The position numbers and the translations under genes were made by a program. From positions 1-64,000 of IMG/VR virus record IMGVR_UViG_3300023184_000090: 64,000 bases of DNA. One strand, given 5' to 3'. The notes beneath the pieces were generated by a model. It made no database searches, was not told where the DNA came from, and was given only the letters and a program-made list of their open reading frames with translations. Origin of the DNA: a virus. The number at the start of each line of letters is the position of its first letter. Position 1 is the stretch's first letter. Shown piece by piece: positions 10,191 to 19,863 of the stretch.

Positions 10191-10592
10191 TCAGGTGGGT
10201 TTGGTTATGACAACTTGAAACTCAGAGACTGAGTTCAAGCCCGGAGGGACTACTCCGGGATTTTCTTCAAGAAACGTGCGCATGTTGCCCTGTGCAATGC
10301 GCTTCTCTAACAAGTCAACGACACTGTGCTCAAGGATGAAGTCCTTGAACGATGCCCAGTCTTGTGTCGAGTAGCGCGTTGATGTGCGCATGCTCACAGT
10401 TCCGAAGGGGGTTTTGACCGTGGAGACGCCAAGCGCCTTCATCTGGTCTTTGATTGCAAACTTGATCTCGTCCTGTTGCGCTTTGAGTGTCTCCAACTTG
10501 GTGTCGTACTCTTGCGTCATGGTGTCGATCTCAGCTTTTATCTTACGGTAGATTTTCGTAAGCCTGTCGAGTGGTACAGCGGTTTCGCTCAA
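10191..10592 (-). CDS. Coiled-coil phage protein (Gam-like / replication-associated)
   Basis: N-terminal coiled coil, then KT.FGTV, DW..F..FI and PPGL motifs. Confidence 0.45.
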   Translation of the reverse strand: MSETAVPLDRLTKIYRKIKAEIDTMTQEYDTKLETLKAQQDEIKFAIKDQMKALGVSTVKTPFGTVSMRTSTRYSTQDWASFKDFILEHSVVDLLEKRIAQGNMRTFLEENPGVVPPGLNSVSEFQVVITKPT

Positions 10593-10625
10593 TTGCTTCT
10601 CCTGTTTTTTTGTCTAAGGTTGGAC

Positions 10626-10653
10626 ATGGTACACATTAAATTTGGTTTTGCAA
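10626..10653 (-). promoter_or_regulatory. Possible sigma70-type promoter
   Basis: Minus strand TTGCAA-16 nt-TACCAT in an AT-rich intergenic gap. Confidence 0.35.
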
Positions 10654-10659
10654 CTCCTT

Positions 10660-12219
10660 TCAAGAATTTATTTCTGCATCAAACATCTGGGTCAAAAGTA
10701 AGTTGTCGCTTACTTTGCCCTCCAAGGCTTTGAACATCTTTTTCTCGATGGGACTGCCCTCGATGTGGATGACTGTCACCTTGTCTGAGTTCTGCCCCTT
10801 GCGGTCAGCACGGGCTATGCACTGGATGTACTGCTCCACGCTCATCAACGGGCCGTAGAACACAACGGTGTCAGCGGCAGTCAGGGTAATCCCGTGGGCC
10901 GTAGCCTGCGGCTGCATAACCAACACGCGGGGGTCTGGTTCGTTTTGGAATCGTCGGATGATGTCTGCGCGTTTTGGTGGTGTGATTGAGCCGTGAATGC
11001 ACTCAGCGGTTATGTGGCGCTTGAGCAAGTGCGTGTGAATGGTGTCGATGGTGCTACGAAACAGCGCAAAGATAAGTACCTTGCGGTCGGTCTCTTCCAA
11101 GATTTCTTCAAGCACACCCAAGCGCGGCGCGGAATCAAACTCAACCACTTCCTTCTCGTCTGTGTAGGCCGCACCACAACTGATTTGAAGCAGCTTGCTT
11201 AACGCTGCTGCCGCGTTGACTGCGGTGATCGTCTCGCCTGCGGCTTGCACAAGCATGCGGTCTTTGAGGAGGTTGTAGTACTTGGCTTGCTGCGGAGTCA
11301 GCGGCACTTCGCGTGTGGTGGTCAGCACAGGCGGTAGGTCTAAGCACTGCGCTTTGGTATAGCGTATGGCGGGTTGCAATGCTTCGTGTACCAGATCGGG
11401 GGCGTTGGCTTTCGGTGCCCACTTGTACATGGTGACTTTGTTCATCACCATATCGCGCCATCCTGTGTACAGGCGGGGGATTCCATCGGGGTTGACAATT
11501 TTGGCCAGCCCGTATGCGTCAGCAGGAGACTGAGACGCTGGTGTGCCTGTCATCATCCACACATGTGTGTCGGCCCTGAGTATGGACTTGAGCGCCTTCC
11601 AGCGCTTAGTGGTCACGGTCTTGTACGCGTTGGCCTCGTCCACGATCACCAGATCAAAGCGCCCGTCATTGACGATCTCAGACGCAATCAGATTTAACCC
11701 ATCGTAGTTGGCAATTACGAATTCGTAATCTTGCTGAATCATCTCAATGCGGCGGCTAGCCTGCGCGTGGTGCGCGATGATGGCAGAGCGATGGATGACG
11801 CTGCTGTTCAGGTCTGCCAACCATGCGGACTGCATGATGGATAGTGGGCACAGCACCAACACCCGTCGAATGTCTCCGCGCTGCATCAAGTAGTCTGCTG
11901 CCCATAGTGCGGATAGCGTCTTGCCTGTGCCGGGTTCGGAGAACACAAACGCTTTGCGGTGCATGGTCAAAAACGCAGAGGTCTCTTTCTGGTGCGCCAT
12001 GGGTTTGTACCTACCGGGCCAAGCGTAGCGCCGCATGATGGGCGAAGGCACGTCTTTGACGCCAAGGTTCTTCAACACACGCGCTTCATCCAACCCCCAG
12101 AAGACTGCAACATCAAAGCCGCCATCAGCGCGAGGCATGATTTTGGACTTGGGGATGATGCTGTACTTCTGAGGGTTTCGTGTGCTAAACAGTAGTGCTT
12201 TGTCTTCTATGATTTGCAT
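10660..12219 (-). CDS. SNF2-family (SF2) helicase
   Basis: Motif I EPGTGKT, motif II IVDEA, motif III MTGTP, motif V HGITLT, motif VI QCIARADRKGQ. Confidence 0.9.
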   Translation of the reverse strand: MQIIEDKALLFSTRNPQKYSIIPKSKIMPRADGGFDVAVFWGLDEARVLKNLGVKDVPSPIMRRYAWPGRYKPMAHQKETSAFLTMHRKAFVFSEPGTGKTLSALWAADYLMQRGDIRRVLVLCPLSIMQSAWLADLNSSVIHRSAIIAHHAQASRRIEMIQQDYEFVIANYDGLNLIASEIVNDGRFDLVIVDEANAYKTVTTKRWKALKSILRADTHVWMMTGTPASQSPADAYGLAKIVNPDGIPRLYTGWRDMVMNKVTMYKWAPKANAPDLVHEALQPAIRYTKAQCLDLPPVLTTTREVPLTPQQAKYYNLLKDRMLVQAAGETITAVNAAAALSKLLQISCGAAYTDEKEVVEFDSAPRLGVLEEILEETDRKVLIFALFRSTIDTIHTHLLKRHITAECIHGSITPPKRADIIRRFQNEPDPRVLVMQPQATAHGITLTAADTVVFYGPLMSVEQYIQCIARADRKGQNSDKVTVIHIEGSPIEKKMFKALEGKVSDNLLLTQMFDAEINS

Positions 12220-12356
12220 TTGCTTCTCGGGTTTATTTTTTTCCTAACGCCAACGCTTGTTCCCAAACGAATTTGGCTACGTTGTAGCCGATGAGCTGTT
12301 GCTCTGCGACCGTTATGGTTCGCCACCATTCCTCGAATGTCATTTGCTTCTCCCGG

Positions 12357-12632
12357 TTATTTAACTGAGTGGTTTTTTGTCCTGTCAAAAGTGCGGTTTG
12401 CTGATGCGGGTTTAACTCGGAGGTTGCTACGCACCGTCTTGCCGCCTTTGTCCACAGGCTTCTTGTGATCGACATCCATGCCATCGCCCTTGTGCACTAA
12501 GCCTTCTTTCATCAGCATAGCGCGGGCTTTGTTTCGCTCGGCCCGCTTCTTGATGACATCTGGTTTCTGCGCATATGCGGGATAGGTGTCGCGGTCTTTG
12601 GGGTTTTTGTAAGGCATGAATGTTCCTTTCAA
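12357..12632 (-). CDS. Small HNH endonuclease-like protein (likely start at MPYKN)
   Basis: DVDHKKP..KGG...SNLRV...ANR HNH-type signature. Confidence 0.7.
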   Translation of the reverse strand: MKGTFMPYKNPKDRDTYPAYAQKPDVIKKRAERNKARAMLMKEGLVHKGDGMDVDHKKPVDKGGKTVRSNLRVKPASANRTFDRTKNHSVK

Positions 12633-13294
12633 TGTTTCGGGTTGTATTCACAGGTTTTCACAGGACACCACGGGCACAAGCCAGAGGACTTGGGGTTCCA
12701 GGTATTTGAAGCGAAGCACGCTTCAAGTCTGGCTACGCGCTCACGGTAATTCCACCACTCAGCATCCGCCTCTTCCACGGCCATGCTGTGCTTGACCATA
12801 TCATTTTTCACCACAAATAACAACGCCGAACTGACCTTGCGTATGTGGGGGAAGTGCTTGAACACCATGAGGGACATGAGCTTTAGCTGGTCACGATCTG
12901 GGTATTTGTTGTTGCCTGTTTTGTAGTCAACTACCCGCGCTGTAAGGTTGTCGTCATCAATGATGAGCAAGTCCGCAATGCCCCTGACCCACCTGCCCTT
13001 GTTGTTGAAGTCACACGGTTGCAAGTCCGGGGTGATGCCCATCTCGTACTCGCACAGCTTCCTGCCCGGCATGGCCATCAACACATCAAGCGCTCCCTTG
13101 GCGTAGTCAAACTCAGGGGGCAGGGGTACGCCATCTCGAATGTAGACCTCCGCCGCTGTGTGAAAGCTTGTGCCGTAGCGTGTTGCCTCAGTCTCCTGAA
13201 ATGGGAAGTTGTTGAGCACATTTACCTCATGGTATCTGCGGGGGCATCCCTCAAAGTTTTTAAGAGCGCTGTGGCTCCACGTTACAGGTTTCAT
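12629..13294 (-). CDS. PD-(D/E)XK RecB/Cas4-like exonuclease
   Basis: WSHS..CPR, GTSFH, RGIADLL, VVDYKTG, QL..M, C-terminal LCPWCPVKTC. Confidence 0.85.
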   Translation of the reverse strand: MKPVTWSHSALKNFEGCPRRYHEVNVLNNFPFQETEATRYGTSFHTAAEVYIRDGVPLPPEFDYAKGALDVLMAMPGRKLCEYEMGITPDLQPCDFNNKGRWVRGIADLLIIDDDNLTARVVDYKTGNNKYPDRDQLKLMSLMVFKHFPHIRKVSSALLFVVKNDMVKHSMAVEEADAEWWNYRERVARLEACFASNTWNPKSSGLCPWCPVKTCEYNPKH

Positions 13295-13602
13295 TAGAAC
13301 TTCGCGCTTTCTATGGCTATGGCAAGTCGGGCAGCAAAACCTTCTACAAAGTCTTCTCGGCTGTTGAGTTTGTGTTCACGCATGTCCTCAAGGATGGCGT
13401 GCACCAGCTCATGCCAGAAAGTTTCTTTGACCGAATCAGATGAGAACTTACGTCCTGTTCGGTTGTTTCGCAAACCAATCTTTATTTTCTGTTCGGGGTA
13501 GTGAACGCGCCCCATGTCGTCTTTGTCCTTCATGGCCTCGACAACCTCGACGCTGTACCACTTGTCCCCCACCTTTACTTTCTTTGGTAGTGTTATTTCC
13601 AT
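13294..13602 (-). CDS. Small HExxH metallopeptidase-like phage protein
   Basis: TFWHELVHAIL followed by EDFVE. Confidence 0.6.
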   Translation of the reverse strand: MEITLPKKVKVGDKWYSVEVVEAMKDKDDMGRVHYPEQKIKIGLRNNRTGRKFSSDSVKETFWHELVHAILEDMREHKLNSREDFVEGFAARLAIAIESAKF

Positions 13603-15570
13603 TTAGTTCTTTGCTTCTCCATATCTACGGTGAGCACCACCGTCAGCGGACAAGGGAATACCGGGCATGTAGCGCGGCTCCATAGTCATTTGCTCCAAGA
13701 CCCAAGTCTTGGCTTCTTCCACCTCACTGTCGGGCACGAGCGCAATCAACTCATCGTGCACCGTTCCAACCACGGGGTATCTTTTACCAACCCGCAGCAT
13801 TCCGTCTGTCATTACCACCCGCGCCAAAGCTTGGGTCACATTGTTCGTTATCTTTCCAGCATACAACTTGGTAGCGTCTGGCCCGTATACCCACTGGCTC
13901 CTACCTTTTTCGTCTTTGACTTCACGCAGATCGGGATAGCGCAAGCACATCCCGTTTGGCAATTCTATTTCACCCTGCCTGAATGTCAAGCACTTGTAGG
14001 TGTGTTCTTTGCCGTTGACCAAAGCCGACACCAACAGGCTGGAACACATATCCCAGAATGAGACAACAGGATACGCCGTGGCACGGTATATATCAATGAT
14101 GCGTTTGGCTGCAATGGCATGGTGCACCAACTCCGAGTAGGTGCATGTGTGCGGGATATCCCTTAGTTTGATCTCTGTTTCAGACCACTCCAAGAACCGC
14201 TCGGCCATGTCCTTGTTGACGTTCAACGCTTTAGAGAACGCCCTCTCGTAGCGAACTGGGGGAGCCCCAAGGAACCCCGTAAGAAGCTGTGACGCGAACG
14301 ATGACCAGCCCAGCCCATAGCCGCAGCCCAGTAACGCGCTCTTCGCAGATTGCCGCAGGTCAGGATGAGACTCTTTAGTAAGGCCGGGTATGTTGAACAT
14401 CTGACTTCCGAATGCCGCGTAAGGGTCACCTCCAGCCCGGAAGATGTTGAGCATATCGTCGTAGTCAGCCAGCCACGCGAGTACTCGCGGCTCAATCTGC
14501 GAGAGGTCGCCAACGACGAGTTGGTAGCCATCGGGAGCCATAATCGCTTTACGTAAGAACGACTTTCGCTTGAGGTTTTGCATGTTGATGGCGGACCCCT
14601 TAGCTGCCGTCCATCGCCCAGTCTGAGCACCGTAGTACGAAAGCGGAACCGGGAGCGCACCTCGTTGACTGATGTCAAGGAAGCGCTGCGCTCTTGTCCG
14701 TTCGGTTGTTGACTTGACCTTGAGACGTGCTTCACAAAGGAGCGCAACATCTTCGTTTGCACCATTGAGGAGGGCTTGGAAGAGCGCATCGTCTTTTGCC
14801 AGGGCAAGCGTTTGCTTACCCGTGGTCTTACTGATTTTTGTCGGGGGTGTAACGCCAAGGTTTGTAAGAATCTGCGCAAACTTAGGGTTTGACGCCAGCT
14901 CAGACTCATTGATGTTAAGACGTTGTAGTAGCGCTTCACGTATGTTTCCTTCCTCTGTTAATGCTTGTATCAACATCTTCTGGTCAAGCTGCAACACTGG
15001 GCGTGTGTACATCTTGAGCGTCATGTCAATAAGGTGTAGTTCCGATCTAGGGTAGCCCGCCGAGAGTCTTTCGAATATTTGTTCGCAGAGATATACGTCG
15101 TGCTGACAATACTCAGCAAGTTCTCTTTCTGTCTCAGGCTCAAGGACGGCCAGTCCATCGGTACTATGTACGGCTCTCCCTTTGGGGGGAAGACCAAAAT
15201 CTCCTGCCAGTTTGGCGAGGGAATTGCCAACCTCCACGCCGCGTAAAGCTCGTGCCATTGATAGGGTATCAAAGATGAAGACGGGGTGGCAGTTGTATCG
15301 CCACTCAAGAATGGAAATATCGAATTGGGCGTTATGTGCAAGCACGGCGGTTCGTCCCCAGTCGATGCCAGAAAAGTACTCAGATAAATCTGATCCTCTA
15401 ACCCATTCAATCGGCTCGTCGCTTCCGAACTCATGTGTACAGGCTCCGAAAGCCACGAACTTATTGTCACGTATGTACTCCTCGGTTGTCATCTTGGACA
15501 GCGTGTAGTCCTTGCTACTCCATCTTGTTTCAAAGTCGATGCTCAGTATTCTGTCGAATGGTTTACTCAA
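13603..15570 (-). CDS. polA: DNA polymerase family A with 3'-5' exonuclease (L762 type)
   Basis: ExoI IDFET, ExoII HNAQFD, ExoIII YCQHDV, TGRW, motif A DLSQIEPR, motif B RQSAKSALLGCGYG, motif C VHDE. Confidence 0.93.
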   Translation of the reverse strand: MSKPFDRILSIDFETRWSSKDYTLSKMTTEEYIRDNKFVAFGACTHEFGSDEPIEWVRGSDLSEYFSGIDWGRTAVLAHNAQFDISILEWRYNCHPVFIFDTLSMARALRGVEVGNSLAKLAGDFGLPPKGRAVHSTDGLAVLEPETERELAEYCQHDVYLCEQIFERLSAGYPRSELHLIDMTLKMYTRPVLQLDQKMLIQALTEEGNIREALLQRLNINESELASNPKFAQILTNLGVTPPTKISKTTGKQTLALAKDDALFQALLNGANEDVALLCEARLKVKSTTERTRAQRFLDISQRGALPVPLSYYGAQTGRWTAAKGSAINMQNLKRKSFLRKAIMAPDGYQLVVGDLSQIEPRVLAWLADYDDMLNIFRAGGDPYAAFGSQMFNIPGLTKESHPDLRQSAKSALLGCGYGLGWSSFASQLLTGFLGAPPVRYERAFSKALNVNKDMAERFLEWSETEIKLRDIPHTCTYSELVHHAIAAKRIIDIYRATAYPVVSFWDMCSSLLVSALVNGKEHTYKCLTFRQGEIELPNGMCLRYPDLREVKDEKGRSQWVYGPDATKLYAGKITNNVTQALARVVMTDGMLRVGKRYPVVGTVHDELIALVPDSEVEEAKTWVLEQMTMEPRYMPGIPLSADGGAHRRYGEAKN

Positions 15571-15842
15571 TTCATGGCCTCTTTGGGTGGTGCTTCACGC
15601 ATGTTGATGTAGTTAAAGAAGTTGTCCGCTGCCAGCAGCAGCGTGGCGGCATCCATCTCGTTGCAGTTGACCGTGACCACGCTGGCGCTCTCATCGGTCA
15701 GGTCGCCCAGCACAATGACAGCAGCGTGCTTGTCCTCGGCGTAGCACTGGAGCAGTGAGTACACCAGCATTTTGAAATGGTCCTTCTGGGCATCGGTCAT
15801 AGATGCCACGCGGCGTTCTATGTCCTCTTGTGTTATTCGCAT
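15567..15842 (-). CDS. Hypothetical protein
   Basis: 91-aa ORF with overlapping start/stop junctions to its neighbours. Confidence 0.65.
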   Translation of the reverse strand: MRITQEDIERRVASMTDAQKDHFKMLVYSLLQCYAEDKHAAVIVLGDLTDESASVVTVNCNEMDAATLLLAADNFFNYINMREAPPKEAMN

Positions 15843-16132
15843 AGCAGTTCCTTTAAAGTTTGTTTTACCAATTCAATGTTCTCCTCGTTGATAACCAGCG
15901 CCGTCCCCCCGGCCTGCTGTATCTTGGCCAACTCCATGTCTTGCAGCGCGGTGGTCTTGCCTTTGCCCGCCTTGCACTCGATGGCGATGAACGTGCCGAA
16001 GTAACAGCAGATGATGTCTGGTATGCCCGCCCTGCCCATGCCGTTTTGCACAGGCGAGAAGTGGTACACCGCGTTGTCGTCAAGCAGCCGCTTGACTGCC
16101 TTCTTCACTTTGGCTTCGGGGGTCATGGCCAT
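15833..16132 (-). CDS. VRR-NUC domain nuclease / Holliday junction resolvase-like
   Basis: TPEAKVK, GIPDII, AIECKA, TALQ, AGG motifs. Confidence 0.85.
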   Translation of the reverse strand: MAMTPEAKVKKAVKRLLDDNAVYHFSPVQNGMGRAGIPDIICCYFGTFIAIECKAGKGKTTALQDMELAKIQQAGGTALVINEENIELVKQTLKELLCE

Positions 16133-16298
16133 TTTGTTTCCTTCGCTTCTTAAAAAAGTATTTGACTACTTCATAGTCTACGCCGAATCGTTCGGCAATG
16201 GCCCTCATTGACATGCCCTGCTCACGCAACACCAATGCTCGGCGTGCATCAATCAGTGTGGGTTTGCGCCCACTCCCCGGTCTTGCGCCCCCTTTCAT
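16080..16298 (-). CDS. Small HTH DNA-binding protein
   Basis: GGARPGSGRKP N-terminus plus HTH GMSMRAIAERFGV. Confidence 0.65.
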   Translation of the reverse strand: MKGGARPGSGRKPTLIDARRALVLREQGMSMRAIAERFGVDYEVVKYFFKKRRKQNGHDPRSQSEEGSQAAA

Positions 16299-16960
16299 GT
16301 GTTCTCCTTGAATTGATAATCTTTAAAGACGGTTCCCCTGCTTGCATCGCCTTTCCAGCATTCGTTTACCCATCCCCGCTTGCCTGACTTGTAAGTACGC
16401 CAATGTCCACGAACCTGATGACGGCGTGGTGTTGCGTGGGTTCCGCCTTGATAATCATTTTTTGGTTTAGGCGATTCAATTTCCACTGTATTCCAGTCAA
16501 AACTTAAAGCGGGTTTGCCTTTTGATTGACGCTTTTGATTGATAAATGTGCGCTTTGGTGTGGGGCGATAACCCTGCGATTGATGAGCAAGTTTTATCAA
16601 CACTGCAAGCACCATTCGGTGGACAGGTTTAATATCTTCAAGGGTTATTTCTTTGTCCTTCTGATAAATTCTGAAGCCTTCTCCGGTAGAAACATAAGCA
16701 TATGGAGAAAAGTATTTGCCGCCATGCCACATGGAGCAACCGCCCACAGTTATTGAATCATCGCCCCTTAAAAGCCAAAGAGCAAAGTCTTTTCCTTGCG
16801 TATCCAAGCCAACAATTCCCGTTCTTTTTGAAGGTAAATTCATCAAAAAATCTGCGGGAACTTTTGTGTCAAGTACAGGCTCCATTTGCCCAACATCAAA
16901 CCACAAAGCAGTTTCTGGCTCAGGCGCAAACTTTACGGCCTTGCAAACCAATGGAGTCAT
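16295..16960 (-). CDS. Hypothetical phage protein with C-terminal PRRHxVRGHWR motif
   Basis: 221-aa ORF; basic C-terminal motif PRRHQVRGHWR..G..WV..WKGD; lower GC than genes to its left. Confidence 0.65.
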   Translation of the reverse strand: MTPLVCKAVKFAPEPETALWFDVGQMEPVLDTKVPADFLMNLPSKRTGIVGLDTQGKDFALWLLRGDDSITVGGCSMWHGGKYFSPYAYVSTGEGFRIYQKDKEITLEDIKPVHRMVLAVLIKLAHQSQGYRPTPKRTFINQKRQSKGKPALSFDWNTVEIESPKPKNDYQGGTHATPRRHQVRGHWRTYKSGKRGWVNECWKGDASRGTVFKDYQFKENT

Positions 16961-17085
16961 TGCGGATTCTCCTCGTCATCAAAAGACATTTCAGGTGGAT
17001 GTGAAATGTCATCATGGACAATAACGCCAAACTCATTTGCCAGCAAAAATCTGCCGCACACTATGCAGTAATAACCTTCTGTCAT
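16957..17085 (-). CDS. 42-aa CxxC/His protein (below the ORF-track cutoff)
   Basis: Hand translation MTEGYYCIVCGRFLLANEFGVIVHDDISHPPEMSFDDEENPQ; ATGA overlaps with both neighbours. Confidence 0.5.
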   Translation of the reverse strand: MTEGYYCIVCGRFLLANEFGVIVHDDISHPPEMSFDDEENPQ

Positions 17086-17600
17086 GTGTTCTTCTCCTCG
17101 GCGTAGCCGTTCTTTTGCTTGAGTTTGGCTTCAATGGCTCTAACGCATTTCAATCCAGTTGGTGTCCAAGGGTATTCACCTGCACATTCGTGCATCTCCT
17201 CATCCGTCAGCCCTACCCATGTGCGCTGTGGTGGGTGGGTGTAGAGAGGTTCAACCCAACCTTTATGGTTTGGGTTTCTTTTATTCCAAACATCTGCGTA
17301 AGTTTCGTTGTCCTCATAAGAACAATAAAAATACAAACCCTCACCATCAAATGTGCGCCACGCCACAGGCTCTTGCTCTGCATAAGCCTCCTTGTACAAG
17401 CCCAGCCGTTCATTTTCATTGTGCAAGGCTTGAAGTGCTTTCTCTTGTGCCAATCGTGCGTTGAGTCTCGCAACCTCACCTTCCAAACCCCTTATGACAA
17501 TCTTGAATGCATTGGCTTCGCAGTGTTTTTCACAAGTGTCAGTCATGCTTGTTCTCCTCTGGTTGTTGTGGAAAAGTTGATGTAACAAATCGCACAGCAC
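17082..17600 (-). CDS. Hypothetical early protein (likely start at MTDTCEK, near 17546)
   Basis: Contains EPVAW..PLYTHP..WVGLTDEE..RAIEAKLK modules typical of small phage early genes. Confidence 0.6.
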   Translation of the reverse strand: MLCDLLHQLFHNNQRRTSMTDTCEKHCEANAFKIVIRGLEGEVARLNARLAQEKALQALHNENERLGLYKEAYAEQEPVAWRTFDGEGLYFYCSYEDNETYADVWNKRNPNHKGWVEPLYTHPPQRTWVGLTDEEMHECAGEYPWTPTGLKCVRAIEAKLKQKNGYAEEKNT

Positions 17601-17695
17601 TGTCTCCGTCTTGAATCAGCACCGTTACTGTTGCCGCTTGCAAATTTTTGCCATAAACCAACCTCAAGCTTTCCCAAAGTTTTTGCATTTCATCT

Positions 17696-17908
17696 TTAGT
17701 CATGCTTCACCACCCATACAGCAGTGCCGCCAGTAAATTCAAATTCATCAAATTTCAGCCTGATGTACTGTTGTCCCGGCACACCAGCAGATTGGACATA
17801 GCCTTGAATTCCAAAGCTCTTTAGCTCTGTCACCACTACCATGCAAGCACCGAACGTTTCCTTGGTTGGTGTAACCTGCACAATGTCTCCAACTTTTAAG
17901 TCTTTCAT
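17696..17908 (-). CDS. Hypothetical protein (KOW/SH3-like start LKVGDIVQV)
   Basis: 70-aa ORF translationally coupled to its neighbours. Confidence 0.6.
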   Translation of the reverse strand: MKDLKVGDIVQVTPTKETFGACMVVVTELKSFGIQGYVQSAGVPGQQYIRLKFDEFEFTGGTAVWVVKHD

Positions 17909-18117
17909 GCTTGTTCCATTTCTCTAATAGCGGCGGCGCATTGGTCACGCACATCAATTTCCTGTTGCATTGGTAAGCTCTCGCACAGCTTTGCACACGC
18001 CTCACGCTCCTCGGCGGCTATAGTTCCCAACTGACCACGCAAATTGGCAACCGTAAGCAACAGGGAATCCCTTGCCATTTTCATTCGGTCAAACTCAATT
18101 TCTTCATCTTGTGTCAT
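17905..18117 (-). CDS. Hypothetical protein (EREACAK..CAAAIR family)
   Basis: 70-aa ORF with EREACAKLCE and CAAAIR motifs. Confidence 0.6.
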   Translation of the reverse strand: MTQDEEIEFDRMKMARDSLLLTVANLRGQLGTIAAEEREACAKLCESLPMQQEIDVRDQCAAAIREMEQA

Positions 18118-18422
18118 CGCTTCATTCCTCTCACAAATGACGCAAAGCTTTGCACTGTGTCCCGACCGAACGGCATGGTGAACTTGGTCTCCAACTCCAC
18201 AGCCACTTCTTCCAAAGCAAAATTGCGCTTGCGGTTGTTCGCATTATCAATGTCGGCAAAGTCCTGCTCAATTCGTTGTATTTGCCTCTTACGGTTTAGT
18301 GAACGCACGATTTCTTGTCGTACTGATGACATGCGCTCGATGTCATTAAACGCTTCATCTTCTGGGTTATCTATCATTGCGATCTCTTTCATCCATCCAA
18401 AACCACAGTTCAGCCAATGCAT
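18114..18422 (-). CDS. Hypothetical protein (likely start at MIDNPEDE)
   Basis: RN..LEEVA..FG.DTVQSFA.FVR.MK pattern; coupled to the downstream gene. Confidence 0.6.
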   Translation of the reverse strand: MHWLNCGFGWMKEIAMIDNPEDEAFNDIERMSSVRQEIVRSLNRKRQIQRIEQDFADIDNANNRKRNFALEEVAVELETKFTMPFGRDTVQSFASFVRGMKR

Positions 18423-18638
18423 ACAGTATCAATCCAGCTATTGCTATGCATAGACTACCAAGCAAGAAGATTGTGACCACAGTTTCAGTCATCCTTCTTC
18501 TCCTTCTTATCCTCCAACAAGTCAATCAACGTGCTCAAAGGTACATTGTTGCCGAACTTTTTTTGAATAACTGCAATCTCATGCATAATGAAATTACAGC
18601 CTGATTCAAAGCCTTTGATGTACTCATTCATCTCAGTC

Positions 18639-18998
18639 TCAGGATACATGCTTCACCCCTAGGTACCGCTTGGCTTTTTCTGTTGGCACACACATCCGGC
18701 TACGCTCGTCTTCACGGTTCACTTGTGTCTTAACATAGCCATGCTCTTTAAGCCAGGCCAGGTTGTTGTGAACAGTCGAGTGCGATGCAATGCCTTCGCC
18801 TACTGCAATGTGTGCAAGGTCCATGACAGTCATGATCTTCTTATCAATGATCATGTCAAGCATTACCTCGGACACCGGCGTCATGCCAGCCTGTTTTCGC
18901 TTTTTGAACCAGTAAAGTGGTCGCATTATTTTCTTCCTTGTGCCAAAATTGTGCAGATTGCCGTTGCTGCATGACCTTCTACACCATCTAGCGCACAA
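18639..18998 (-). CDS. MarR-like winged-helix protein (likely start at MRPLYWF)
   Basis: SHSTVHNNLAWLKEHGYV...EDERSR wHTH pattern. Confidence 0.6.
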   Translation of the reverse strand: MCARWCRRSCSNGNLHNFGTRKKIMRPLYWFKKRKQAGMTPVSEVMLDMIIDKKIMTVMDLAHIAVGEGIASHSTVHNNLAWLKEHGYVKTQVNREDERSRMCVPTEKAKRYLGVKHVS

Positions 18999-19153
18999 GC
19001 CACAACCATGGGATCAGCGCCATTGGACACGGCTTTCTCCCATTTATCGCGCTTGCCATGGGCATTGATGGTGAGAGACACTATCAGCGCTATGAAGAAC
19101 GCCAACACCATGCCCCAAATGCAAACCCAAAATTTTTGGACACTATCCATCAT
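18926..19153 (-). CDS. Small membrane protein (homolog of 9009-9233)
   Basis: Full-length similarity to the 9009-9233 protein. Confidence 0.7.
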   Translation of the reverse strand: MMDSVQKFWVCIWGMVLAFFIALIVSLTINAHGKRDKWEKAVSNGADPMVVACALDGVEGHAATAICTILAQGRK

Positions 19154-19494
19154 GCTACTCCTTCTTCATACGTAATTGCTTGCAATTTGCTGATACGGTC
19201 CGCGATAGAGATCATTGTCTTTTGGTACTCGGCCATGAGTTTCTTCTTTTCTTTTTCCAAGGCGGCAATTTGCTTGAGGCGAGGATCGAAGCTGTCAGGG
19301 ATCTCTATTTCTATCTCTTGACTGCAAACGTGAACGCGATAATCGGTATCATCCATCTTGTGTGTGTACACAACGAATTCGGGCTTTTCTTCCCATTGAT
19401 ACTGTGACTGATGAATGTGAATGGTGTGTTTAGTTTTCATTAGGTTCTCCAAATTAAAATGTCGAGGGCTACAACAATGATACCAACAAGGCAA
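19150..19494 (-). CDS. Hypothetical protein (likely start at MKTKH, 19440)
   Basis: ORF with C-terminal coiled coil; GGAG RBS before MKTKH. Confidence 0.6.
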   Translation of the reverse strand: MPCWYHCCSPRHFNLENLMKTKHTIHIHQSQYQWEEKPEFVVYTHKMDDTDYRVHVCSQEIEIEIPDSFDPRLKQIAALEKEKKKLMAEYQKTMISIADRISKLQAITYEEGVA

Positions 19495-19572
19495 ACTATG
19501 CGAGCAACCTTGTCGGCAACGGTTAAATTGGCAACATGTATTTCTACACTGATGCCGTCGTCTACTACTACC

Positions 19573-19863
19573 TTACGCACTGAAGTCTTCCAACATGGCG
19601 CGGTGGTGCTTTTTCAACTGGACCAGGATGTCGTGCTGGTCTTTTACTGACAACTCATAAGTTACATCGGTACCTGCAGGCTCGTCTTCAAAGGCCTCGG
19701 TTGTGTAAGCAAACCAGTCATACGTTTCACCAAGGCCAACGGATGCATCTTCATCGAAGTAGTCGTACTCCACCAGCAAATAGCCATAGTCAAGTGAGCT
19801 AACTTCTGTTTTGTAGGTCATGTTCTTCATGGTGGTTCCGATCAGAGTGAAGTTACGCGGCAT
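19573..19863 (-). CDS. Acidic hypothetical protein
   Basis: 96-aa ORF, Asp/Glu/Tyr rich. Confidence 0.55.
   Translation of the reverse strand: MPRNFTLIGTTMKNMTYKTEVSSLDYGYLLVEYDYFDEDASVGLGETYDWFAYTTEAFEDEPAGTDVTYELSVKDQHDILVQLKKHHRAMLEDFSA

Noticed and set aside
12629-13294. Cas4-like nuclease as part of a CRISPR-Cas system
   Set aside because: No other cas genes or array; it sits in a phage replication operon, where such exonucleases are routine
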